Notes: a model not told the origin generated them from the sequence alone. A DNA stretch of 62,926 nucleotides, filler included, from 7 parts of 7 records of this genome joined end to end with filler, not necessarily neighbours in it; one strand, 5' to 3'. Shown: positions 1-9,707, counted from the whole stretch's first letter. Translations and numbers: made by a program.

Positions 1-1251
1 TTCGTTTTTCTGATAGTCACGGCTGCGAAATAGCTGGCCGAGAACCGGCACATCCTTGGCACCCGGAACACCATCAATATTCTGTTTGGTAGAATCCGAC
101 AGCAAACCGGCCATAACGAGGGAACCACCGCTCGGCATTTCAAGCGTCGTCTCAGCTCGACGTACTTTTAGTGCCGGTATGGTCAAACCGTTCTGAACAA
201 TCTGTCCCTGTGTTGTCAGTTCGCTGACCTCAGTCGAGATTTTCAGGCTGATACGACCTTCGCTTAGAACAACCGGAGTGAAAGCTAATCCCACACCGAA
301 GGGTTTATAAGTAATTGTAATGTTGCCGTCTTGGTCCTTACCGGTCGCAACTGGAAACTCGCCGCCCGCAAGGAACTTAGCGCCCTCACCGGAAATGGCG
401 GTGAGTGTGGGCTCCGCCAGAGTGCGCACCAATCCATCTTCCTCCAGCGCCTTAAGCGAAGAAGAGAGAGACAAGTTGCCTTGAGAAATCGTACCCGCGG
501 CCGACGCCGTCGCACCACCCAATGAGCCCCCCTGAACGGAGAAGGGATTCGTTGTTGCCAGATTGAGAGCCAGATTTCCGATTGCGCCTGCGGCACTTAG
601 GTCCACACCAAGTTGCTTAATCACACTGCGCTGCATTTCTGCGACGGTGACTTTGAGCATGACCTGCTCTTTGCCTTCGATGGCCAGCATATTCAGAACC
701 TGATCGGCAGAACCAACAAACCGGGCGGCCAAATCGCGTGCTTTATCGGCATCGGCTGCGTTTGCTACATTGCCGGAAAGCACAACGTGATCGTTCATGG
801 CCTGAACATCGATGCGAGCATCGGGGAAAAACTGATGCAATGTATCGCGCAACGCAGATAGATCACGTTCGACACGAATTTCGAGATTCACAATCTGCTG
901 CCCGCGTTCGTTGAAGAAAAACGCGTTGGTTTGGCCGACCTTTAGACCAATCAAATAGATGCGCTTAGCAGTCCGCACCACAGCATCAACGATGGCAGGG
1001 TCAGAAACCAGCACATCGCGTGCCGACACAGGAAGCTCAACGACAGCTGCTTTGTTCAGTCCCAGCACAACAGTGCGGGTCGAGGTGCCCGCACCTCCCT
1101 TGTCCACTTTGACGAGTTGCGCATCCCCAACTTTGGCTTGCGCAGGAGCGACAAATGCAACCACCAGCAAAGCGGCAAGTATAACGCGTGTGGCACGGTC
1201 CAATAACGTCAAGGATCCATTCTTCATCATGGGAAATACTTTCAGCTTCAT
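1..1251 (-). CDS. cpaC: Tad/Flp pilus secretin CpaC/RcpA, 3' end truncated at the window edge
   Basis: Manual translation from ATG at 1251 (GAGG upstream): MKLKVFPMMKNG..., then a signal peptide, 'VVLGLNKAAVVELPVSARDVLVSDPAIVDAVVRT' (pilus-formation N domain), and secretin motifs 'EPNLTAISGEGAKFLAGGEFP' and 'IPALKVRRAETTLEMPSGGSLVMAGL'. Directly downstream of cpaB. Absent from the ORF track because it has no stop in the window. Confidence 0.93.
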   Translation of the reverse strand, partial: MKLKVFPMMKNGSLTLLDRATRVILAALLVVAFVAPAQAKVGDAQLVKVDKGGAGTSTRTVVLGLNKAAVVELPVSARDVLVSDPAIVDAVVRTAKRIYLIGLKVGQTNAFFFNERGQQIVNLEIRVERDLSALRDTLHQFFPDARIDVQAMNDHVVLSGNVANAADADKARDLAARFVGSADQVLNMLAIEGKEQVMLKVTVAEMQRSVIKQLGVDLSAAGAIGNLALNLATTNPFSVQGGSLGGATASAAGTISQGNLSLSSSLKALEEDGLVRTLAEPTLTAISGEGAKFLAGGEFPVATGKDQDGNITITYKPFGVGLAFTPVVLSEGRISLKISTEVSELTTQGQIVQNGLTIPALKVRRAETTLEMPSGGSLVMAGLLSDSTKQNIDGVPGAKDVPVLGQLFRSRDYQKNE

Positions 1252-1255
1252 GATG

Positions 1256-2056
1256 CTACCTCACCCGTACGGTTGACTGGGTGCCGTATCGCACCACGCT
1301 CACGCTGGAACTTTCCGGCTCAGGAGCGACCTCCGCATCATCTTGTAGCTCAGCTGCCTCCGATAGGCCGCGCAACGATAATGTCAGCTGACCCTCAGCC
1401 TGGGCGACCGTGACCCGCTCAGCTTGGGCGGCCGTCAGTTCAAGAGTGGCGGTCTTTCCAATGGCAACCTGCTCTCCACTGTCATCTTTGAAGCGCTGGT
1501 CAATTGCAAGAACACGAATATCGCGCAAAAGGATCTCGCCCTGCACAACTTCCTGCAGACCACGCGGTCCCTCCTGCTGCACACGACGCGTATGTATGAT
1601 GTCCACATGGTCATTGGGCAGAATGAAGCCACCCGCTCCGGTTTCCGGAGAGACCGTAACTGCGACTGCTCGTTTGCCAGGCGTAATCAGGGCGGCCATA
1701 AAGCCACCCGTTTTCACATTCACGACTTTGTTTGAAGTAATCGGTTCCCCATTACCCATTGAGATACGAGCAAGGCTGCCTGTCATTTCTGCAAGGGCTT
1801 CAGGGCTTTGTGCACGTGTTATATAGCCTTCAGTCAAAGCCGTATCGGGCCAGCTCTGCCAGCGCATGCTGCTGGAGCTGAGACGGGCACCGCGTTCAAT
1901 GCTGGTCGAAGTTACAAGAACTTCGCTGGTCGGAGCTTCTATGACTTTGGTTTCAACCGGCGCATCGCCTGATGACACAAGTCCACGAGCGAGTAATGCT
2001 GCCAGACCTGCGGCAACAACTGCTAGTACCAAAACTCCCATACGTGCGGCGTTCAC
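1256..2056 (-). CDS. cpaB: Flp pilus assembly protein CpaB/RcpC
   Basis: N-terminal TM helix, SAF-like region, 'PGKRAVAV...GAGGFILPNDHVDI' and 'ILLRDIRVLAIDQ...TATLEL'. GTG start with GAAGGA upstream. Confidence 0.95.
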   Translation of the reverse strand: MNAARMGVLVLAVVAAGLAALLARGLVSSGDAPVETKVIEAPTSEVLVTSTSIERGARLSSSSMRWQSWPDTALTEGYITRAQSPEALAEMTGSLARISMGNGEPITSNKVVNVKTGGFMAALITPGKRAVAVTVSPETGAGGFILPNDHVDIIHTRRVQQEGPRGLQEVVQGEILLRDIRVLAIDQRFKDDSGEQVAIGKTATLELTAAQAERVTVAQAEGQLTLSLRGLSEAAELQDDAEVAPEPESSSVSVVRYGTQSTVRVR

Positions 2057-2080
2057 AATAATATTCCTTCGTCTTCAGCC

Positions 2081-2596
2081 TTAACCGATGGCGACAGTGA
2101 GACGGAAAATGTCCGTATCGGGAAAAATCAACAAAGCAGCGGCTGCTAAAGCCAGCCCATATGGCACACCTTCCGCCCGATCATGCAGACGCGTAGCCCA
2201 CTGCTGCCGCATAACAAATTCAGGAAGTGGCAAATTCCGGTAGCCGAGGATGACGAGTGTCAACCCTCCACCAAATACAGAAGCAACAACGAAATACGGA
2301 AGCGCCTGCGACCACCCCAACCACATGACAACTGCGGCCATCAGCTTGGCATCACCTCCGCCAATCCAACCCTTGGCAAAAAATGCCATACCAACCAACA
2401 GCGTCACGAAGCCAATAGCCGTATGCTGAGCAATCTCAGCCAAAGGCATTGCCACAAAAAAAGCAGCAATGAAGAACGTTAATGTCAAAGCCAATGTCAG
2501 CCAGTTCGGGATTGTCATAGTTGTCAAATCGCGCAATCCCGCAAAGATCATTGCGAGACAAAAAATGGCGATTGGCAAAGTGGTCAACACAGACAT
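2081..2596 (-). CDS. cpaA: Prepilin peptidase CpaA/TadV (A24 family)
   Basis: 'DLTTMTIPN', 'GGGDAKL' and 'GVPYGLALA' motifs; lies between the pilin and cpaB. Confidence 0.95.
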   Translation of the reverse strand: MSVLTTLPIAIFCLAMIFAGLRDLTTMTIPNWLTLALTLTFFIAAFFVAMPLAEIAQHTAIGFVTLLVGMAFFAKGWIGGGDAKLMAAVVMWLGWSQALPYFVVASVFGGGLTLVILGYRNLPLPEFVMRQQWATRLHDRAEGVPYGLALAAAALLIFPDTDIFRLTVAIG

Positions 2597-2723
2597 GCCG
2601 GGCTTTCAAGTGATTTACCGCAGATCGGAATGGTAATAGGTCCAACGTGAAGTGGATTTTGGATGCAAGACCGTAAATTTGGCGTAAACACTGAATTCTG
2701 ATGGTGAACAAGGCCTTTCAAGC

Positions 2724-2760
2724 AAAAAGCCGCCGGGCAACAGGGCCGCGGCGGCTTTTC
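2724..2760. terminator. Intrinsic terminator downstream of the Flp pilin
   Basis: AAAAAGCCGCC...GGCGGCTTTT inverted repeat with A and T tracts on the two sides. Confidence 0.7.
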
Positions 2761-2823
2761 TTTATTTCGGAAGTCCTGTCGCGAACTGGCAACGAGAAGA
2801 TCCCCCGACGTGATGCTCGGGTA

Positions 2824-2991
2824 TTACTTCGTCAACTCTGTGTTCACGGCTGTGAACTTGGCTGTCAGGCTGGTGCCCAACGTGCCAACAATCGCGGAGA
2901 TCGCGACTGCAATACCGGCAGCAATCAGGCCGTATTCAATGGCTGTTGCACCGGATTCATTCTTTGCGAAAACTTTAAGAAACTGGCCCAT
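2824..2991 (-). CDS. pilA: Flp/Fap family major pilin (55-aa prepilin)
   Basis: MGQFLKVFAKNESG|ATAIEYGLIAAGIAVAI carries the Flp G|xxxxEY motif. AAGGAGG precedes the ATG at 2991. Confidence 0.95.
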   Translation of the reverse strand: MGQFLKVFAKNESGATAIEYGLIAAGIAVAISAIVGTLGTSLTAKFTAVNTELTK

Positions 2992-3096
2992 TACAAGCCT
3001 CCTTACATATGTGACTGTCGACAGCAATTCATCTCAACGGAAAGTGACCCGAAGAGATCGTCCGTTTTGGACAGCTCGAAGACTAGCCCGTGATGA

Positions 3097-3270
3097 TTAC
3101 CCGTCATTTAACGACAAGCCTCAATTGGTCCCGAAATGATGCTTAAAATTGGCAATTTGTAGTGATCATCGTTCCCTTACTTGATTCATTAAAGTACTCA
3201 GGACAAATACATGGGAAGCTATACTACAGTCAGCGATGTCATCCGCTGAGCATCGTTACTTAATAGTTAA
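3097..3270. promoter_or_regulatory. Putative CtrA-like boxes upstream of the pilin gene
   Basis: TTAC-N7-TTAAC at 3097-3112 and TTAC-N7-TTAA at 3256-3270, each one mismatch from TTAA-N7-TTAA. CtrA is known to control pilA in Caulobacter. Confidence 0.45.
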
Positions 3271-3307
3271 TCCAGCTATCAACACAAATAGACGATTTGG
3301 AAATTTT

Positions 3308-4051
3308 TCAGATGCCTTTGCAAAGACGCTGCACGGCGCCTTCATCGAGGACCAGAAGGCCGGGATATTCCCGCGTAGCCAAGCCGAGCCGAATAAGTTC
3401 CGCAATTGCGCCTGCCACCACTTCTTCTGTGGTCGAAAGACGGTCTGCAAGCTCACGATGACGCGGCAGTCTGGCAATAAATAGCCCCGGCACGACTCCG
3501 CCAACCGCAGTACGCGGCTCGCCTAGCGCGAGAAGCTCCGCATATACACGTTGAGATCCCGTAGTTCCGGGCAGACTCACTGAAGCCGCCGCCGACACGG
3601 CATCTTGCTGACGCAGCAATGTCGCATATTGGCAAAGCAGACCACGCGAAACAGATTCTTCGCGTCCAAGAAGTTCGACGAAGACTGATTCAGGCATCAC
3701 CGCCAAAGAACAATCCTCGCGTGCGATTGCAGTAAGCTCCGAGTTATCAACTCCGAAAAGTGACATCTCACCAAATTGCCCACCGGATTCAACATCTGCG
3801 TAGGCAACGCGTCCATCTGATCCTGTCGAACGAGCTATACGCACACCGCCCCGCGTTACAAACCAAACTTCATGCGCAATCGGTCCCTGTCCTGCGGAAA
3901 CAATAATGTCACCACGGGCAAACTCCCTCCAATGACATTCCGACGCCAGCAACGCGAGCTCCTTGGGAGCAAGTTCGGAAAAAATCCGAATACTCTTTAA
4001 TCCACCCGTTTTGTCAGCCGCAGGATGATCCTGCCTGTCACTCTTGAACAT
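3308..4051 (-). CDS. Crp/Fnr family regulator (cNMP-binding domain plus HTH), atypical motifs
   Basis: 'IFSELAPKEL...FARGDIIV...VTRGGVRI...GQFGEMSL...TAIAREDC' cNMP domain; C-terminal 'LPRHRELADRLSTTEEVV' HTH. Confidence 0.85.
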   Translation of the reverse strand: MFKSDRQDHPAADKTGGLKSIRIFSELAPKELALLASECHWREFARGDIIVSAGQGPIAHEVWFVTRGGVRIARSTGSDGRVAYADVESGGQFGEMSLFGVDNSELTAIAREDCSLAVMPESVFVELLGREESVSRGLLCQYATLLRQQDAVSAAASVSLPGTTGSQRVYAELLALGEPRTAVGGVVPGLFIARLPRHRELADRLSTTEEVVAGAIAELIRLGLATREYPGLLVLDEGAVQRLCKGI

Positions 4052-4219
4052 GTTGGTCCTTTAGCCCTGCATCCTGCCACTCTATCTAGCGCCACATTAA
4101 GCTCGGGTAAAAGGATGAACTCTTCATACAGTCAACAAATCATTTACTGATTGCCGGTAGTCTCGGGCCAAAGCACTGACTTCATGGTTCCGTGCATATT
4201 TAGACAGATAGGCCTGACA

Positions 4220-4762
4220 ATGATCCTCCGCGCCAAAAAGTCATCTCGCGCCAGCATCACTTCCCGCGCTGCTTTCGCAGCAGTCGCGATCGGCCTTTAC
4301 TCAGCTCAGGCTTCCGCCGCCGGTTTCCAAGTGGAGGTCAACCAATCGCGTGCATTGCACCTCAATGCGCCGGCCGCAGCGGTTATGGTCGGCAACCCTT
4401 CGATAGCCGATGTAACGGTTCTAGGGCCACAGTTGGTCTATGTCCTCGGCCGCGCCTACGGTAAAACCAACTTTGTCGCGCTGGACGCCAAGGGCAAACA
4501 GATCTCCGCCTTTGATGTCGATGTCGTGGCTCCAATGCATTCAACAGTGACCCTCACGCGAGGTGCCGGACAGCTCACGTATAATTGCACACCGCGATGT
4601 GAACGCGTTGTTGCACAGGGCGACGAGAGCGATGCATTCGCACAAGCTGTCCAACAATCAATGGGCGTTGCCTCAATGGCGCGATCTACAGCCAATGACA
4701 GCGGAAGCCAGCAGGGTGGAGGCGCGCCCTCTATTGGGCCGGGAGCCGGACCGCGCGAATAA
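4220..4762 (+). CDS. Secreted protein with pilus-formation N-terminal domain (CpaI-like)
   Basis: Signal peptide, then 'VMVGNPSIADVT...VLGRAYGKTNFVALD', resembling the CpaC N domain; also 'YNCTPRC'. Confidence 0.85.
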   Translation: MILRAKKSSRASITSRAAFAAVAIGLYSAQASAAGFQVEVNQSRALHLNAPAAAVMVGNPSIADVTVLGPQLVYVLGRAYGKTNFVALDAKGKQISAFDVDVVAPMHSTVTLTRGAGQLTYNCTPRCERVVAQGDESDAFAQAVQQSMGVASMARSTANDSGSQQGGGAPSIGPGAGPRE

Positions 4763-4782
4763 CCCAGAACATTGATCGAAAT

Positions 4783-4817
4783 AAAAAAGCGCGCCTTTTA
4801 ACATGGCGCGCTTTTTT
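4783..4817. terminator. Bidirectional intrinsic terminator
   Basis: AAAAAAGCGCGCC-loop-GGCGCGCTTTTTT between convergent genes. Confidence 0.85.
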
Positions 4818-4842
4818 ACTTTTGTGCTGGAGCCGCTTAGAT

Positions 4843-6159
4843 CTATTTGCTGACACGCAAATTAGACAGCGCTTGCGCGATGGACGAAAATACCGTTGTC
4901 AACTGACTTGCGCTCGTCACACTGAAGTACTTTCCTGAATCGGAGGCACAGTTCTTCAGGATCGTTTGATTGCCGTTCATAACACGAATCGTATAGACGA
5001 TAACGCCGCTGGATTTGATTGCTGTGCAGAGTTTCTCTGTACGATCATCGATAGCGCTTTGTGATGTCGAAAAACGGTTCTCGGTATTATCACCATCCGT
5101 CAGAAAGACAATCACCTTGTCGAGGTTAGATGCAGGCGCGGCGGCGGCTGAAAGCGTGGAGCCTTGTGTCACCATTTGCCAACCCCAGACCATTCCGATT
5201 GTCGTATTGGTATTGCCGCTCGCATTGAGTGAGTTGATCTTCGATTTCAGCGCAGACCAATCCGTACTAAGCGGCATCAGGGTTTCTGTATAACAATCAT
5301 CGTTGTCGGCTGGATATTGCGTCGCACTATTTGACGAACTGCCCGCCACATTAGAGATATCATAGTTCTGATCTCTATCAATGACACACCCCAGCCATGA
5401 ATTCTTGCTTATGGAATAAGACCTATCGGTACAAATGTAGTCGTAATAACCACTGTAATAGCCAGTGGAAACCCATTCATAGCGACAGCTTCGACCTTTG
5501 GGTGTCGTCCAATCAAATTTCAACCAGTCCGCATTTTTGTAGGAGGTGCCAACTTTCACATCGACGGTAAATGGAACAATCGAAATTTTCACATCACCTG
5601 GATTCACTGCGGCAGCAGAAACAGTGTCGATGAGATTTTTAGCTGCGGTCTGCATCGTAGATAGTTTGCTACTAGATCCCATCGAACCCGTTGTATCCAG
5701 TACCAGCACAACTTCGAGCTTCTTGCCCATGCGCGTGATCTGGGATGACGTGCCGATTTTAATCGTATTGATACCCACAATTCCCATTAGAGACGTGGGC
5801 ATAGTGGCAGAAACAGATAGAGTTACGACATTGCCATTAGGCGTCACAACCAACGACGCCGGTGTGCCGATTTTTGAAGCAGGATAGTTCGCGTTGAAAT
5901 AATTTTGCGCCATGGTCTGGATTTCGGCCGTGCTCATACCCGTCACGCCACCTACCGCCAACCCCGCTGCATCAAGTGCGCGGGTCAAACGCTGTTTGAC
6001 GATATAGGCTTGTGAGATATCGACCGCAGCACCAATTGCCACAAGAATAGGGACTAGGCTGATCGCAAAGATTACGGCATAGCTGCCGCGATTATCGCGT
6101 GTCATTAGCTTTGTCAAAGCGCCCAATCGCGCAAATCCGGCTTTGATCTTGCGTAGCAT
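4843..6159 (-). CDS. TadG-like pilus protein with a vWA domain (CpaL-like)
   Basis: Pilin-like N-terminus 'RG|SYAVIFAISLVP...GAAVD'; MIDAS-like 'LVLDTTGSM' and 'FLTDGDN'. Confidence 0.9.
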   Translation of the reverse strand: MLRKIKAGFARLGALTKLMTRDNRGSYAVIFAISLVPILVAIGAAVDISQAYIVKQRLTRALDAAGLAVGGVTGMSTAEIQTMAQNYFNANYPASKIGTPASLVVTPNGNVVTLSVSATMPTSLMGIVGINTIKIGTSSQITRMGKKLEVVLVLDTTGSMGSSSKLSTMQTAAKNLIDTVSAAAVNPGDVKISIVPFTVDVKVGTSYKNADWLKFDWTTPKGRSCRYEWVSTGYYSGYYDYICTDRSYSISKNSWLGCVIDRDQNYDISNVAGSSSNSATQYPADNDDCYTETLMPLSTDWSALKSKINSLNASGNTNTTIGMVWGWQMVTQGSTLSAAAAPASNLDKVIVFLTDGDNTENRFSTSQSAIDDRTEKLCTAIKSSGVIVYTIRVMNGNQTILKNCASDSGKYFSVTSASQLTTVFSSIAQALSNLRVSK

Positions 6160-6516
6160 AAAATGCCCTTAAACTTGAACGGTCACCGAGAATCCAAGAG
6201 GTAGACCAAAGGACATTATGCAGCGCAGGCCGTTAACGACTTGCCAAGACACGACAGGTTTTTTGAATGGAAATCGTGTCGAATTGTTACGTTTCTCTGC
6301 TAATTGAGTGCACCCGCAAGATTTTCTTAACCAAAGACTTCACAAGGCAACTCCCTTCCACGAAGGGTCTGAAATTTCACCTGAGAATGGTGGCCTACCA
6401 TTCTAATGCGATTGCCGAAGTTAACGAGGTGTCAATGCAGAAGGTGCAGGATCGAACTCCAGAGGGACACTTTCATCCGCGATGAACTCTCCTCAAGACG
6501 CGTTCGGAATCAGGGC

Positions 6517-7074
6517 ATGACGACACAGAGCACAAATTTGAAGTCCGGCAAATTGTCTCGATGCTTTGCGCAAAACGCGGAAGGCAGCGTCGCTGTGGAA
6601 TTTGCGCTGACCGCTATTCCCTTTTTCGCATTGCTTTTTGCTATTCTCGAAGCGGGTGTCATCTTTTTCGCCAGCGCAACTCTGGACCAATCACTTAATG
6701 ATCAGGCACGCTTGATCCGAACCGGGCAAGCGCAGGCTGCGGGTACGACAGCTGAACAGTTGAAATCAGCGATCTGCGCGAACGCGGTTTTCCTAACCAG
6801 CTGCTCTCAAAACTTGGCACTAGATGTCCGTGTCTATGACAAGTTTGTCAATGTGTCTGACCCCGCTCTCGTGAAGAGCGACGGATCCGTCGATAATTCG
6901 AAACTGAAATTCAACATGGGCAACGCCGGCGATATCGTTATGATCCGTGCACTGTTCAACTGGAGTATTATGAGCCCACTCCCCACCGGGCTTGCCAATA
7001 ACTCTGGCGCTGGCGGTTCGGTTCGGCTTCTGCAATCGACCGCTGTGTTCCGCAATGAACCCTTTGCGTCATGA
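6517..7074 (+). CDS. TadE-like minor pilin
   Basis: 'EG|SVAVEFAL...LLFAILE' and C-terminal 'VFRNEPF'. The start at ATG 6517 is inferred. Confidence 0.9.
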   Translation: MTTQSTNLKSGKLSRCFAQNAEGSVAVEFALTAIPFFALLFAILEAGVIFFASATLDQSLNDQARLIRTGQAQAAGTTAEQLKSAICANAVFLTSCSQNLALDVRVYDKFVNVSDPALVKSDGSVDNSKLKFNMGNAGDIVMIRALFNWSIMSPLPTGLANNSGAGGSVRLLQSTAVFRNEPFAS

Positions 7075-7090
7075 ATTGGGAGATTTGCCA

Positions 7091-7675
7091 ATGACCAGCT
7101 CTGCGAAACAGCCGTTGACGCGCTTTTGTTGTCACCTGGTAAATTTCATGGCACGCGCCTCCCGCAATACTTGCGGTATGGTAGCTGTAGAATTTGCACT
7201 CATTATTCCTGTTATGCTGACGCTCTATTTCGGCACACTGGAGACAACGAATGCAATGACCGCCGCGCGGCGTGTGACCAATGTTGCTCAATCTGCAGCT
7301 GACCTGACTGCTCAGGCCGCAAGCCTTACAAATTCTGACATCAACGATATTTTTGCCGCGAGCAGCGCCATTCTAGCGCCCTTCCCCACGAACGTCGTGA
7401 AAATCACCATTTCCAGCGTGGTGGCCAATGCCAGCAACGCCTCCAACACAAAAGTGTCTTGGAGCAAAGGCTATGGCGGTGCAAGCCCGCGCTCGACCAA
7501 CTCCTCAGTGACTTTGCCGACAGGACTTACAACAGCCGGTTCAAGCGTTGTGATGGTAGAAGTCACCTACACTTACACATCACCGATCGCGTCTTTCATC
7601 ACCGGACCCATCACGATGAGCGAGGTGGCTTATCTCAAGCCCCGCAGGTCGACCGAAGTCGTCCTCGACTCCTGA
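7091..7675 (+). CDS. TadE/TadF-like minor pilin
   Basis: 'G|MVAVEFALIIPVMLTLYFGTLE' and C-terminal 'YLKPR'. Confidence 0.9.
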   Translation: MTSSAKQPLTRFCCHLVNFMARASRNTCGMVAVEFALIIPVMLTLYFGTLETTNAMTAARRVTNVAQSAADLTAQAASLTNSDINDIFAASSAILAPFPTNVVKITISSVVANASNASNTKVSWSKGYGGASPRSTNSSVTLPTGLTTAGSSVVMVEVTYTYTSPIASFITGPITMSEVAYLKPRRSTEVVLDS

Positions 7676-7925
7676 TTTTTTTCATTAGCGGCATATTCAG
7701 AGCACGCCGCCTTGCGTTAACCATGATTCGTACGGGGATGTAGCATTTTTGTCGCAGGCCTTTTTCCAGCAACGTTTTGATAACACCGATGCCGATTTCA
7801 GCATTCTCTAGGCTGTATTGAATCGGCAGGTCTGAATATGGAAAAACACATGCTGGTTTATGAGACCGCGGATTCATACACCGCAGACCAATGCCCATAA
7901 CATATTGAAAAATATGATCTTTAGG

Positions 7926-8015
7926 TGGCGGAGGGAGTGGGATTCGAACCCACGTTACGGTTTCCCGTAAACACGCTTTCCAAGCGTGCGCCTTCAGCCA
8001 CTCGGCCACCCCTCC
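7926..8015 (-). tRNA. tRNA-Ser (anticodon GGA)
   Basis: GGAGGGGTGGCCGAGTGG...CACGC-TTGGAAA-GCGTG, long variable arm, GGTTCGAATCC...CCCTCCGCCA. 90 nt with encoded CCA. Confidence 0.97.
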
Positions 8016-8215
8016 GGAATCATCCGTCTCCAAAGAGCGGCGATTGCGGGCGCACTATACAAGACCGAAAGCCTGAATCAATCGCGCAGAGAGAGACTTT
8101 TAGCCGCTTTTTCAAAAAGGTGACAAATGAGTGTGCTTGTTTGGGACACTTAATGCAGATACCGTTTCCTCCACGTTTTGTTCATTGATCTGCCTTGGGC
8201 TGGGGGGCTCACGCC

Positions 8216-8503
8216 ATGTTCCTGTTTCGACTGCTTGGATTGCTTCTGATCACACTTGCCTTGATGGCGCTTGGTGCAGACGCACTCAAATCACTGGAGG
8301 CCGGTGCTCTGGAAATCCGCTCGCTCGGTGAGATTTGGGCACTTGTCAGCCAATCGAGCTTTGATGGCTTCACCGGCTGGGTTTCAGCCTCTGTACCGGC
8401 CGCTGCTGGTCCAGTGACAACTGTTCTGAGCTATCCGGCTTGGGCCGTGCTTGGCGTTGTCGGCATTGTCATTGCCGGGCTAATCCGTCTCGTTCGACGC
8501 TAA
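8216..8503 (+). CDS. Small membrane protein, hypothetical
   Basis: 95-aa ORF with hydrophobic N- and C-terminal helices, followed by a terminator. Confidence 0.75.
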   Translation: MFLFRLLGLLLITLALMALGADALKSLEAGALEIRSLGEIWALVSQSSFDGFTGWVSASVPAAAGPVTTVLSYPAWAVLGVVGIVIAGLIRLVRR

Positions 8504-8517
8504 CCAACAAATTCCAC

Positions 8518-8554
8518 AAAAAAGGCGCTCCGGTTTCGACCGGGGCGCCTTTTT
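8518..8554. terminator. Bidirectional intrinsic terminator
   Basis: AAAAAAGGCGCTCCGG-loop-CCGGGGCGCCTTTTT between convergent genes. Confidence 0.85.
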
Positions 8555-8578
8555 ATTTCTTCAAACGGGATCGTCCGC

Positions 8579-8666
8579 TCAGTTCTCGTCCATCTTCAAG
8601 GCCGAGATGAAGGCATCTTGCGGAATTTCGACGCGACCGAACTGCCGCATCTTCTTTTTGCCTTCC
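8579..8666 (-). CDS. lepA: Elongation factor 4 (LepA), C-terminal fragment
   Basis: Manual translation EGKKKMRQFGRVEIPQDAFISALKMDEN* matches the conserved LepA C-terminus. Confidence 0.92.
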
Positions 8667-8766
8667 NNNNNNNNNNNNNNNNNNNNNNNNNNNNNNNNNN
8701 NNNNNNNNNNTTAATTAATTAANNNNNNNNNNNNNNNNNNNNNNNNNNNNNNNNNNNNNNNNNNNN
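8667..8766. other. Artificial contig spacer
   Basis: 44 N + TTAATTAATTAA (stops in all frames) + 44 N. Confidence 0.99.
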
Positions 8767-8767
8767 C

Positions 8768-9685
8768 CGCCGTGATGCCCATCCCATGGCCATCATGTGT
8801 GGCATGGTTGGCGCGCTCTCGGCTTTCTACCATGACAGCACGGATATTAACGATCCGCTGCAGCGCATGATCGCCAGCCGTCGCCTGATCGCCAAGATCC
8901 CGACGATTGCGTCAATGGCTTACAAATATTCGGTCGGTCAGCCGGTCGTCTATCCGCGCAATGATCTGGGCTATGCAGAGAATTTCCTCAACATGTGCTT
9001 CTCGGTGCCGGCTGAACCTTACAAGGTGGACCCGATCCTCGCCCGTGCGATGGACCGTATCTTCATCCTGCATGCCGACCACGAGCAGAATGCTTCGACA
9101 TCGACCGTGCGTCTGGCCGGTTCTTCGGGCGCTAATCCGTTTGCCTGCATCGCAGCGGGCATTGCCTGCCTGTGGGGTCCTGCACATGGCGGCGCCAATG
9201 AAGCAGCACTCAACATGCTTGCGGAAATCGGTTCGGTTGACCGCATTCCGGAATATGTTGCGAAAGCCAAAGACAAGAACGATCCGTTCCGTTTGATGGG
9301 CTTCGGGCACCGCGTTTACAAGAACTACGATCCGCGCGCGCGTGTGATGCAGCAGACCTGCCATGAAGTGCTCAAAGTCATGGGTATCAAGGACGATCCG
9401 CTGCTGGACGTTGCCATGGAACTGGAACGCATCGCTCTGTCGGATGATTATTTCATCGAGAAGAAGCTCTATCCCAATATCGACTTCTATTCGGGCATCA
9501 CGCTGAAGGCGATGGGCTTCCCCACGACAATGTTCACAGTGCTCTTCGCGCTGGCCCGTACAGTGGGCTGGGTTGCACAGTGGAACGAAATGATCACTGA
9601 TCCCGATCAGCGTATCGGTCGTCCTCGTCAGCTCTACACAGGCGCACCGCGCCGCGACTATGTGTCGGTCGACAAGCGCAAGTAA
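8768..9685 (+). CDS. gltA: Citrate synthase, 5' truncated
   Basis: RRDAHPMA..., '[14 protein letters not shown]', '[10 protein letters not shown]', 'LMGFGHRVY', 'YPNIDFYSG'. Confidence 0.98.
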   Translation, partial: RRDAHPMAIMCGMVGALSAFYHDSTDINDPLQRMIASRRLIAKIPTIASMAYKYSVGQPVVYPRNDLGYAENFLNMCFSVPAEPYKVDPILARAMDRIFILHADHEQNASTSTVRLAGSSGANPFACIAAGIACLWGPAHGGANEAALNMLAEIGSVDRIPEYVAKAKDKNDPFRLMGFGHRVYKNYDPRARVMQQTCHEVLKVMGIKDDPLLDVAMELERIALSDDYFIEKKLYPNIDFYSGITLKAMGFPTTMFTVLFALARTVGWVAQWNEMITDPDQRIGRPRQLYTGAPRRDYVSVDKRK

Positions 9686-9707
9686 GCTTTACGCATTGAA
9701 GATACTG

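Noticed and set aside
1-7925. Tad locus as a genomic island integrated at the tRNA-Ser 3' end
   Set aside because: The adjacency is real, but I see no integrase or duplicated tRNA end, the other border is outside the contig, and tad/cpa loci are commonly native in Alphaproteobacteria.
7635-8188. ORFs spanning the tRNA-Ser
   Set aside because: They are translations of the tRNA sequence, not proteins.
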